Origin: Pseudomonadota bacterium
GTDB lineage: Bacteria > Pseudomonadota > Alphaproteobacteria > Micropepsales > Micropepsaceae
Assembly: GCA_040387395.1 (NCBI GenBank)
Contig: JAZKDV010000162.1
Span: forward strand, 1-36,903
Reading direction: 5' to 3'
DNA: 36,903 bases
A program made the translations under genes and the position numbers. Below are positions 1 to 7,547 of this stretch, piece after piece. Numbering within the stretch: position 1 is the stretch's first letter; each line of letters starts with the position of its first letter. The notes beneath the pieces are model-generated. The model searched no databases, was not told where the DNA came from, and was given only the letters and a program-made list of their open reading frames with translations.

Positions 1-61
1 GGCGTCCGAGAAGTTCTCTTGCCGGATCACGAAGACCGGTAACCGCCCGTCAATCGAAAAC

Positions 62-90
62 AAAAAAGCCCGGTGACACCGGGCTTTTTC
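62..90. terminator. Rho-independent terminator, probably bidirectional
   Basis: AAAAAAGCCCGGT-GAC-ACCGGGCTTTTTT: perfect GC stem with A and T tails, just downstream of the 112..786 minus-strand gene. Confidence 0.85.
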
Positions 91-111
91 TCTTTTCAAG
101 TGCTGCTGCGC

Positions 112-786
112 TTAGTCAGCCGCGAAGCAGTAGAACTGACCCGCACCGCCGGTCTTGACCAGGGATTCCTGGCTGCAGCCCTGCGAACCGTGGGCCGAAT
201 TCCACGAAACGAAGTTGCGGTTGGTGTTGGGACCGCTGCGGTCGTGATGGCCCAGCACCGCGGAACCGTCCGCGTTCTTGGTCCAGTTGCCGCAGGTGGT
301 GTCGGTGGTTCCCAGGTTGGGCATGTAGCGGCCGGCCGAGTCCGAGCCGGTCAGCATGTCATGGGTGTTGGGCGTGTCACCGCGGCCGTTCACCGGCATA
401 CCCTTTTCATTGAGCAGGTTGGCCTTGGTCAGGTTGGAATTGGCGCCGTCATGCAGGTCGTCCACGCTCTTGGCGATGGTCACGCCCTTGGCATTGACCC
501 ACGGACCCTTGCCGATGCGGTCGCGCGCATCCACCGGACCGGCGCCGTTCGGCACCTGGGTGGCCGAGAGATAGGCGCGCCAGTTAGTCTTGGTCGAGCC
601 GGCGGCCTTGGCCAGCATCGCGCAATGCGCATCCGCGCCCGCCAGGCCGCCGAGATTGGCGCCATCGCCCTTGCCGACGCTGGTGATGAAGAAGCTCATA
701 TTGCCCTGCGCATTCACGGTGGCGGCACCCGCCAGACAGACCGCCGCGCCGGCAAACAGCAAAGAACCCCAAAGCTTGTTTTTCAT
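112..786 (-). CDS. Secreted endostatin-like / C-type-lectin-fold protein
   Basis: Sec signal peptide (MKNKLW...VNA|Q); motifs SFFITS, GGLAGADAHC, WRAYLS, TCGNWT, WNSAH, FYCFA; four Cys; GGAGGG Shine-Dalgarno upstream. Confidence 0.7.
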   Translation of the reverse strand: MKNKLWGSLLFAGAAVCLAGAATVNAQGNMSFFITSVGKGDGANLGGLAGADAHCAMLAKAAGSTKTNWRAYLSATQVPNGAGPVDARDRIGKGPWVNAKGVTIAKSVDDLHDGANSNLTKANLLNEKGMPVNGRGDTPNTHDMLTGSDSAGRYMPNLGTTDTTCGNWTKNADGSAVLGHHDRSGPNTNRNFVSWNSAHGSQGCSQESLVKTGGAGQFYCFAAD

Positions 787-933
787 GAAAAATCCCTCCC
801 TTGGAAAATTGATCGGCCGGTATCACCATGCCGAAATATGGCGTAAAAAAGGCGTATCCCGCCTTCAAAGCGCGGTTTTGCTGGCTTTATGGGGCTGCGG
901 CTGCGGTTTGTACCGTTGGAGCGGCTGCGGGAC

Positions 934-2793
934 TCAGACCGCCTGCAGCAAGGCCTGCCGGGCAGGTCGCGGGACGGTCACGGTGATGCGGGTGCCACGG
1001 CCCCGCGCGCTGTCGATGCGGATGTCACCCTTGTGCAGATCCACCAGCGCCTTGGTCAAAGGCAAGCCCAGGCCGGTGCCTTCGTAGCGCCGCTCCAGCC
1101 GGTTATCGACCTGCGCGAAGGGCTGGAAGGCGACCTCCACATCTTCCGGATTCATCCCGATGCCGGTATCCCCCACCGTGACCGCGATCGCGTCGGACGT
1201 TTCGGCGACCTCGAGCGAAATCGTGCCGCCGGATTCGGTGAACTTGATGGCGTTGGACAGCAGGTTGAGGAAAACCTGGCGCAGCTTGGCTTCATCGCCG
1301 GCCAGCAGGATATCGTGATCGGGAATATGCGCGTCCAGCCTGTGGCCGGCGGCAGCGCATTGCTCGCGCACCATGGCGATGCAGTCGTCCAGCACTCCGC
1401 GCATGTCCACCGGCTTTTCATCGATCACCAGCTTGCCGGCTTCGCTGCGCGACAGGTCCAGCACGTCATTGATCACCGACAGAAGGTGGCGGCCACTGCG
1501 CAGGATGTCGCCCGAATAATCGAGATAGCGCTCATTGCCGATGCGGCCGAAAAGCTGGCCGGAAATAATCTCCGAAAAACCGATAATGGCGTTCAGCGGC
1601 GTGCGCAGCTCGTGGCTCATATTGGCCAGGAAGCGGGTCTTGGAGCTGTTGGCGGCTTCGGCCTCGCGCTTGGCGCGGCGCAGGCTTTCCTCGCGCTCCT
1701 TGATGGCGGTGAATTCCGACAGGAAGATGATCGAGCCGCCTTCCGACGTGCCGCTGCCGGTCATGCGCAGCCAGCGCCCGTCGGCCAGTTCCAGCTCGGC
1801 ATGGCCGGAAATCGAGATGTCCTCGCTGGGCGCCTGGGTCGGCGCCAACTGCTGCTGGATCAGCGCCAGCGCGGTCTCGAAGGCGGTGCCCGGAACCAGC
1901 TGCGGCGCAATGGCGGGGAAGAATTCGCGCAAGGTGCCGTTGGCAAGCGCGATGCGCCCGTCGGGCGCCACCAGCATCACGCCTTCGCGGCTGGTTTCCA
2001 GCGCGTCGGCCAGGCGGTTTTCGGCGGAACGGCGCATCGCCGTCTCGCGGTCCATCATGCTGCGGATACTGTCCTGCATCACCGTCATCGAGCCCAGCAG
2101 CGCGCCGGTCTCGTCCTTGCCGCCTTGCGGAATCGGGGTTTGAAGCTCGCCCTTGGCGATGCGGTCGGCGACGCTGGCGGCGGCCTGCAGCGGGCGCACG
2201 ATGCGGCTGCGCAGCAGCAGCGTGATGCCGGCGGCGAGCAGCAGCGCCAGCGCCGTCATGGCGATCAGGGTATACTTGTAATTGGCGATATTGGTCACCG
2301 TCTGGCGGCGGCCCACGAAGCTGTGACCGGTGTTGAACTCGATCAGGAGGTCGAACTTCTCGTCGATCTGGCGGTCCAGCCTGATCAGCTCGGCGATCTC
2401 GCCCCTGTCGCTCGCGGCCTGCCAGCGTTTTATCAGGGGACGTAACTCGGCGATCATCTGCTGCTCATCGGAATGCAGGCTGCGCTGCGCGGCGACATCC
2501 AGGTCTTCGTTGAAGGTTTCCGCCAGGGCGGCGATCTCCGCGGCAATGGCGGGACGGGCTGCCGGTGTCGCCTGCTCGAAGCGCATTTCCACCAGCTGCA
2601 TTTCGGTGAAATCATTCTGGGCGGCGCGGGCGTAATTGATCGCCATCAGCGGGCCGTCGAAGGTGGTCACCGCGATATTGCCTGCCGCCGACAAGACGCC
2701 ATAGCTCGCCAGCCCCATCAGCCCGATGATGGCGCTCATGACGGCGAAGGCGCCAAAAATCTTGGCGCCAATCGTGTATCTGGCGAGCTTCAT
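934..2793 (-). CDS. Membrane sensor histidine kinase (periplasmic helical domain, HAMP, PAS-like, HisKA, HATPase), PleC/DivJ-like H-box
   Basis: Two TM helices; HAMP (IVRPL...IAKGEL...DETGAL); H-box FLANMSHELRTPLNAIIGFSEI; N-box NLLSNAIKFT; G1 DTGIGM; F-box AFQPF; G2 GTGLGL. Confidence 0.92.
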   Translation of the reverse strand: MKLARYTIGAKIFGAFAVMSAIIGLMGLASYGVLSAAGNIAVTTFDGPLMAINYARAAQNDFTEMQLVEMRFEQATPAARPAIAAEIAALAETFNEDLDVAAQRSLHSDEQQMIAELRPLIKRWQAASDRGEIAELIRLDRQIDEKFDLLIEFNTGHSFVGRRQTVTNIANYKYTLIAMTALALLLAAGITLLLRSRIVRPLQAAASVADRIAKGELQTPIPQGGKDETGALLGSMTVMQDSIRSMMDRETAMRRSAENRLADALETSREGVMLVAPDGRIALANGTLREFFPAIAPQLVPGTAFETALALIQQQLAPTQAPSEDISISGHAELELADGRWLRMTGSGTSEGGSIIFLSEFTAIKEREESLRRAKREAEAANSSKTRFLANMSHELRTPLNAIIGFSEIISGQLFGRIGNERYLDYSGDILRSGRHLLSVINDVLDLSRSEAGKLVIDEKPVDMRGVLDDCIAMVREQCAAAGHRLDAHIPDHDILLAGDEAKLRQVFLNLLSNAIKFTESGGTISLEVAETSDAIAVTVGDTGIGMNPEDVEVAFQPFAQVDNRLERRYEGTGLGLPLTKALVDLHKGDIRIDSARGRGTRITVTVPRPARQALLQAV

Positions 2794-2845
2794 GCTAAGC
2801 GGTTACCTGCGCCGGCGAACGACGAATTATTATTGCCGCTACAGG

Positions 2846-2861
2846 GTTTATGGCGCCTTAA
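2846..2861 (-). promoter_or_regulatory. Putative CtrA-binding site upstream of the histidine kinase
   Basis: Minus strand TTAA-GGCGCCA-TAAAC (1 mismatch to TTAA-N7-TTAA), followed 11 nt later by an AT-rich -10-like CAATAAT. Confidence 0.5.
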
Positions 2862-2910
2862 GGCTTTTCCCGCGCCGCTGCCGGGCCGCCCAGGCCACAG
2901 CTTTTCCGGG

Positions 2911-3228
2911 CTATTTCACATGCACCGTCATCTTCATGGTGGGGTGGATGTGGCAGCGCACCTGGAAGGTTCCGCTGCGCAGAAAGGTTTGATTAATATT
3001 CTCGCCCGGCCCCTTCTCCTCGGAGTCGAACTGGCCGTCGACATAGACCTGATGCACGAAACTGTCGCCGTTGGTGAAAGTCAGGCTTTCGCCCCGCATG
3101 ATCGTCACGGCGGCGGGACGGAAGGCGCGGCCCTTCTGGACGATGCGCCGGTTATCCGCCGCCTGGGCCGCCAGCACCAGCGACAGGGCGGCGGTCACAA
3201 GGCAAGCCAGGGTCAGATGTTTTTTCAT
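2911..3228 (-). CDS. Periplasmic cupredoxin (type-1 copper protein, amicyanin-like ligand loop)
   Basis: Signal peptide (..AAQA|A); upstream His (FVHQVY) and C-terminal CHIHPTM giving His/Cys/His/Met ligands. Confidence 0.85.
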   Translation of the reverse strand: MKKHLTLACLVTAALSLVLAAQAADNRRIVQKGRAFRPAAVTIMRGESLTFTNGDSFVHQVYVDGQFDSEEKGPGENINQTFLRSGTFQVRCHIHPTMKMTVHVK

Positions 3229-3242
3229 GCCGTGTTCCTTCG

Positions 3243-3545
3243 CTAGTTCACACGCACAATCAGCTTCATCTTGGGATGGATATGGCAGCGCACTTCAAAG
3301 GTGCCGGAGCGGGGGAAGCTTTCCACGATATTCTGGCCCGGACGCCGCTCCTCGGAATCGAACAGCCCTTCGGAATAGATCTGGTGGATGAACTCGTCTT
3401 CGTTGGTGACGGTAATGGACTGGCCCTGGCGGATGGAGATTTCCGCTGGAAGAAAGCGGCGTCCCTTCTGGGCGATGGTGTTGGTGCCCTGCGCGAAGGC
3501 TGTCGCGGGGATGGCGATCATCAGGAGCAACGCCAGCTTCTTCAT
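3243..3545 (-). CDS. Periplasmic cupredoxin, tandem paralog
   Basis: Signal peptide (..TAFA|Q); FIHQIY and CHIHPKM; clearly homologous to 2911..3228 (QKGR.F.PA, FDSEE..PG.NI, RSGTF.VRCHIHP.MK). Confidence 0.85.
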   Translation of the reverse strand: MKKLALLLMIAIPATAFAQGTNTIAQKGRRFLPAEISIRQGQSITVTNEDEFIHQIYSEGLFDSEERRPGQNIVESFPRSGTFEVRCHIHPKMKLIVRVN

Positions 3546-3955
3546 TGGGTCACCACATGGCGCTGCATCGGCGCCAGGCGCGCCAGGAAACGGTTTTGGG
3601 TGGCGAAGGGAATGCCCACGTTGTCCATCGCCGCCTGAAGATCTTCGACCACCGCGTTGAAGTCGGCATTGGTCAGGCGCAGGCCCTTATGGGCTTCGGC
3701 CATGCCGTGCCCCTTATACTCGCAAGGTCCACCGGCGATCTGGCAGAACTGGACTTTGAACTGGGCCCGAACCCGGTCCATGTTGGATTCCTCGAAAATC
3801 TTGCTGATGCGCGGATCGGCGAGATAATTCTCCACCGAAGCATCCACGATGCGGTCAATGCCCGCCTGGCCGCCCATGTCGGTGAACAGCGTGTCCTGGG
3901 CAAACGCCGGCGAGGTGGCCAGAACCAGAAGCGAAAGCGCGAGAACCTTTTTCAT
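3542..3955 (-). CDS. Group I truncated hemoglobin (GlbN-like) with N-terminal signal peptide
   Basis: LF..MGG..GI, LADPRI..IF, GGP..Y.G..M..AH.GL, DFNAVVEDL motifs; proximal His in MAEAHKG; ATG at 3955 overlaps the upstream TGA. Confidence 0.88.
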   Translation of the reverse strand: MKKVLALSLLVLATSPAFAQDTLFTDMGGQAGIDRIVDASVENYLADPRISKIFEESNMDRVRAQFKVQFCQIAGGPCEYKGHGMAEAHKGLRLTNADFNAVVEDLQAAMDNVGIPFATQNRFLARLAPMQRHVVTQ

Positions 3956-4845
3956 CACAGTCCTGCCTGTAGCGAGAGATAGGCGCCGCGCTGATCGTCG
4001 CGGATCACGATATTGCCCAGATCGGCATAGGCCAGGGTCGCGGAGAGGTTCTTGTTGAAGAAATAGGCCGCGAAAATATCCCAGGCCGCCTGTTCCTTGG
4101 CGATGGAAAGATTGTTGGGCTTAGTGCGCAGCTCCGCCCCCACTGCAAAGCGGCGGCTGAACAGATAGGCGGCCGAGCCTTCGAACTGCGCGCTATAGCC
4201 GGCATGCCGGTCACCGCCAAAGCCCAGTATGCCGAACTGGTTGGCGCGGGTGTGGCGCCAGGTGGCGTTGACGAGCAGGCTTTGCGCCAGGAACAGTTTG
4301 CTGGCGGAAAGATAATAGTCGGTCCCCTGGTCGGATTTTCCACCCACCGCGCCGATCACCGCGCCGCGGTCGTTTTCCTTGTGCTGCAGGCCGACGGAAA
4401 GCTGCGGCAGCCAACTGTCCTGCTCATAGACCGCATCACCGATCAGCTTCAGCTTGGCGCCGAAAATGTTCTGGTGGAAGGTAAAGCCGCGCCCAAGGCC
4501 CAGCGCCGCGCCGACCTCCTGGGTGTCGAATTCCTGCCAGGCATAGGAAAGCTCCAGCCGGTCGAACAGGCCGACCGCGACGCCCGCGCTGTGCAGCGTG
4601 TAATCGGGAAGCAGCACAGTGGTGTAATGAACATTGGCGCCGACGCCGTCGCGGGTGCCATAGCCGGTGATCATGGCCCAGTTGGCCAGGCCGCCGCCGC
4701 CCGCGCCTTCGATCTGGCTGACGCCGCCGGTGGCCAACAGCTTGCCGCCGTCGAACAGATCCCAGGGCTGCGCCAGGGCGGATGTCGCCAAGATGGACAT
4801 GAAGAGCCCGGCCACAAACGCAAAACACGACAGGGCCAGACGCAT
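3955..4845 (-). CDS. DUF3034-family protein, probable outer-membrane beta-barrel
   Basis: Signal peptide; GKLLATGGVSQIEGAGGGGL.NWA.ITGYG motif; alternating amphipathic strands ending YLSLQAGL; start set to ATG 4845 (AAGGA RBS). Confidence 0.78.
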   Translation of the reverse strand: MRLALSCFAFVAGLFMSILATSALAQPWDLFDGGKLLATGGVSQIEGAGGGGLANWAMITGYGTRDGVGANVHYTTVLLPDYTLHSAGVAVGLFDRLELSYAWQEFDTQEVGAALGLGRGFTFHQNIFGAKLKLIGDAVYEQDSWLPQLSVGLQHKENDRGAVIGAVGGKSDQGTDYYLSASKLFLAQSLLVNATWRHTRANQFGILGFGGDRHAGYSAQFEGSAAYLFSRRFAVGAELRTKPNNLSIAKEQAAWDIFAAYFFNKNLSATLAYADLGNIVIRDDQRGAYLSLQAGL

Positions 4846-4888
4846 CGCAGGTCCTTGGAGAAGCACGCACTGCTCTAACCTCGCCTGG

Positions 4889-4904
4889 GTTAAGGGCGCA
4901 TAAA
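4889..4904 (-). promoter_or_regulatory. Putative CtrA-binding site upstream of the DUF3034-globin-cupredoxin operon
   Basis: Minus strand TTTA-TGCGCCC-TTAAC (1 mismatch), about 45 nt upstream of the ATG. Confidence 0.5.
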
Positions 4905-4940
4905 GCCTGGTTCCTGCTGGAATCGGCGGGCAAGCGGGGG

Positions 4941-4969
4941 TGGACAGGGGGTGGGGCTTGGCCTATATC
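4941..4969 (+). promoter_or_regulatory. Putative sigma-70 promoter of tRNA-Met
   Basis: TGGACA-N17-TATATC, 16 nt before the mature tRNA. Confidence 0.55.
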
Positions 4970-4985
4970 CCCCCACCTTCCGTGA

Positions 4986-5062
<77 letters not shown>

Positions 5063-5068
5063 TCGGAC

Positions 5069-5099
5069 AAAAGGCCCGGCCCAAAGCCGGGCCTTTTTT
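5069..5099 (+). terminator. Rho-independent terminator after tRNA-fMet
   Basis: AAAAGGCCCGGC-CCAAA-GCCGGGCCTTTTTT. Confidence 0.85.
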
Positions 5100-5202
5100 C
5101 GTCCGGCCCGGCGGGAAGCTCCTGATTCTTGGGGATTTTCGCAACCGCGAAGGCTCTGCGCGCCCAATCTATGTGCAACACTGATCGAGGCCCGAATCGT
5201 GA

Positions 5203-5231
5203 TTGCCGGGGGGGTGGGCCGTCGCTATAAC
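5203..5231 (+). promoter_or_regulatory. Putative sigma-70 promoter of dksA
   Basis: TTGCCG-N17-TATAAC, 60 nt upstream of ATG 5292. Confidence 0.55.
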
Positions 5232-5291
5232 CCCGGCCCTCAGGGCGGGTTTGCGAGCGTGTTTTCCCGCACTGCGTTGAAGGGAGTGTGC

Positions 5292-5708
5292 ATGGGAACC
5301 CAGGTCCCCGCCGACTACCGGCCTTCGGATAACGAGCCCTTTATGAATGAGCGCCAGCGGGAGTATTTCCGCCGCAAGCTCAATGTCTGGAAAGACGAAA
5401 TTCTCAAGGAAAGCCGCGAGACCATCCAGAACCTGCAGGCCGAGACCGTGCCGCACGCCGATCTCGCCGACCGCGCTTCCACCGAGGCCGAACGCCAGCT
5501 CGAACTGCGCACCCGCGACCGCCAGCGCAAGTTGATCGCCAAGATCGACGAGGCGCTGCGCCGGATCGAAGACGGTTCTTACGGATTTTGCGAAGAGACC
5601 GGCGAACCCATCTCGCTCAAGCGCCTGGACGCACGCCCCATCGCCACCTTGTCGATCGAGGCGCAGGAACGTCATGAACGGCGCGAAAAGGTCTATCGCG
5701 ACGACTAG
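5292..5708 (+). CDS. dksA: RNA polymerase-binding transcription factor DksA
   Basis: EPFMNERQREYFR, coiled-coil tip DLAD, RDRQRKLIAKIDEALRRI, YGFCEETGEPI..KRLDARPIATL; AGGGAG RBS before ATG 5292. Confidence 0.96.
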   Translation: MGTQVPADYRPSDNEPFMNERQREYFRRKLNVWKDEILKESRETIQNLQAETVPHADLADRASTEAERQLELRTRDRQRKLIAKIDEALRRIEDGSYGFCEETGEPISLKRLDARPIATLSIEAQERHERREKVYRDD

Positions 5709-5791
5709 GTGCGTCGTTCGCGCCGTTCCTTTGTTGAATGGCCGCGCTATGCGCGGCGGGCGGCGCGAAAAGGTCTATCGCGACGACTAGG
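5679..5791 (+). repeat. 31-bp perfect direct repeat of the dksA 3' end (5679-5709 and 5761-5791)
   Basis: CGGCGCGAAAAGGTCTATCGCGACGACTAGG occurs twice, separated by 51 bp that contain the hairpin GCCGCGC-TAT-GCGCGGC. Confidence 0.92.
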
Positions 5792-5796
5792 CAGGA

Positions 5797-6045
5797 CTAG
5801 TCCCGCCGGCCTTCCTGCTTGGTCTCGCGCTTCTGCTGCCGGCACTCGGCACGGCTGTTATCGCTCGCCGTAATGCAGGCCCGCTTCTCCACCCTTGCGC
5901 TCTGGCGCGTGTCGCGGCGATCACCGCGCCGCTCCATGCCCCGGGTCTGCGCAGCGGCAGTCTCAGTGCTGATGACGACAGTGACCCCGCTGGTTGCCAG
6001 GATCGCCAGGGCGCCCAGCAGAGAAACGGTTTTTGATTTAAGCAT
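5797..6045 (-). CDS. Small (82 aa) secreted Arg-rich hypothetical protein
   Basis: ATG 6045 with GAGG RBS; signal peptide MLKSKTVSLLGALAILAT...TAAA|Q; mature part TRGMERRGDRRDTRQ...C...C. Confidence 0.65.
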   Translation of the reverse strand: MLKSKTVSLLGALAILATSGVTVVISTETAAAQTRGMERRGDRRDTRQSARVEKRACITASDNSRAECRQQKRETKQEGRRD

Positions 6046-6242
6046 CGTCTGAACCTCATCGGTATGGTGCCATCCGCCCGCTCTGGCATCGGTTGCATTG
6101 CGGCTTGGGCCGTGAGCGCTGGACGGAGGTGAGCCTGCGCTGTGGCGGCGGGCACGGTGGGCGCTTCCCTTGCGGCCAGCCATTGGACTTAGGCCCACTC
6201 TTTGCGCGGGAACCGGTGTTGCCGGTCCGTCCATTAAAAACG

Positions 6243-6276
6243 AAAGAGCCCGGTCACAAGACCGGGCTCTTTTTTT
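6243..6276. terminator. Rho-independent terminator hairpin downstream of flgH
   Basis: AAAGAGCCCGGTC-ACAA-GACCGGGCTCTTTTTTT. Confidence 0.8.
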
Positions 6277-6298
6277 CTTCCCACCGTTTGTTCGGTGA

Positions 6299-7021
6299 TT
6301 ACCAGGGCATGATGATGTCGAGCAGCTGCGAACCATAGCGCGGCTGCTGCACATCGCTGACCGTGCCGCGGCCGCCATACGAAATGCGGGCTTCGGCGAT
6401 CTGGGTCAGGTTGACGGTATTGTCCTGGGTGATGTCTTCGCGGCGCACGATGCCCGAGACGCGCATGTCGCGCAGCTCGTTGTTGACGCGCACCTGCTGG
6501 TGCCCGTCGATCACCAGGTTGCCGTTGGGCAGCACCTGGGCGACCAGCGCCGCCAGGGTCAGGTTGATGGATTCCGAACGCGCCACGGCGCCGGTGCCGG
6601 TGTTGGAAAGGTCCGAGCCCATCTTGACCAGGCTGGAGGGATCGAGCTGGCTGGGGAAGGCTTTTTCCAGGCCGAACAGATTGTCCATGCTGGCATTCTC
6701 GCTGTTGGCGCGGCTGCGCGACGTGGTGTTGGACAGCTTGGCGGCATCGGCGGTCGAGACATTGACCGTGATCACGTCGCCAATGGCGCGGGCGCGCGGA
6801 TCGTTGAAGAAGCTCTTGGCGCCGGCCTGCCACAGCGAATTGTTGATATGGCGGATCGGCGCGGGGCCCGGAATCCCGGCCACGATCTGGCTGCCGGCGG
6901 GATTGCCCACCGCGGCCATGCGCGGGGCTTCGCCGATTTCCGAAATCCGCGTCGCGGCCGAACAGGCCGCCAGGGGACCCGCGATTAGAAGGAGAGTGGT
7001 GATTTTCGCAAAGCGACGCAT
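6299..7021 (-). CDS. flgH: Flagellar L-ring lipoprotein FlgH
   Basis: Lipobox LAAC; NSLW, FFNDPRA..IGDVITV, VLPNGNLVI.G..QVRVN.E, IAEARISYGGRG, ending MPW. Confidence 0.96.
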   Translation of the reverse strand: MRRFAKITTLLLIAGPLAACSAATRISEIGEAPRMAAVGNPAGSQIVAGIPGPAPIRHINNSLWQAGAKSFFNDPRARAIGDVITVNVSTADAAKLSNTTSRSRANSENASMDNLFGLEKAFPSQLDPSSLVKMGSDLSNTGTGAVARSESINLTLAALVAQVLPNGNLVIDGHQQVRVNNELRDMRVSGIVRREDITQDNTVNLTQIAEARISYGGRGTVSDVQQPRYGSQLLDIIMPW

Positions 7022-7030
7022 GGTGAAATC

Positions 7031-7543
7031 CTATCGACGGGCAAGCTTGGTGGGAGCGGAGATCGGGCCGCCATTGGCGCGCACGGTGCCGGGCGAAACG
7101 ACAGTGGCCGAGATCATGCGGAAGGAGGCGGGGTTCTGGATGGTGACGGTGTCGCCGATGCCGCCTTCGCTCATGGCGCGGCCCATCGCCACCAGCTCCA
7201 CGCCGGGGGCGCTGAACTGCATGGTGACCGACTGGCCCTTGGTGATGACGATCGGACGGCGCACATCGTCGCCGCGGAACGGCTGACCATTGGACAGGAC
7301 GCGGCGCGCCTGCATGCCGGCAATTTCTTCGATCTTCGTGGGCACGCCCGCCATCAACGTATTGCCATCCACAGTGGCGTAAGTGAGATCGCTTTCCACG
7401 ATCACTTCACCGCGCGGGATGTCGCGGGCCGGGACCACGACGCGCACGGTAGCGGCCTGGACGGCGGCGGGCAGCAGGATCAGGAACGCGGCGAGGAGCG
7501 TCGGCGAAAGCCGGAGCGACCAAAAATAAGTTGCGGTTTTCAT
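7031..7543 (-). CDS. flgA: Flagellar P-ring assembly chaperone FlgA
   Basis: Signal peptide, SAF-like VVPARDIPRGEVI, VITKGQSV, GRAMSEGGIGDTVTIQN; lies between flgG and flgH; start ATG 7543. Confidence 0.92.
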   Translation of the reverse strand: MKTATYFWSLRLSPTLLAAFLILLPAAVQAATVRVVVPARDIPRGEVIVESDLTYATVDGNTLMAGVPTKIEEIAGMQARRVLSNGQPFRGDDVRRPIVITKGQSVTMQFSAPGVELVAMGRAMSEGGIGDTVTIQNPASFRMISATVVSPGTVRANGGPISAPTKLARR

Positions 7544-7547
7544 GATG

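Noticed and set aside
1-60. Possible 3' end of a plus-strand gene at the window start
   Set aside because: Too short to choose a frame or product.
889-2445. 518-aa plus-strand ORF
   Set aside because: Antisense shadow of the histidine kinase; no recognisable motifs; expected from high-GC codon bias.
5679-5791. Repeat-spacer-repeat as a mini CRISPR array
   Set aside because: Only two copies, the first is dksA coding sequence, and there are no cas genes or leader.
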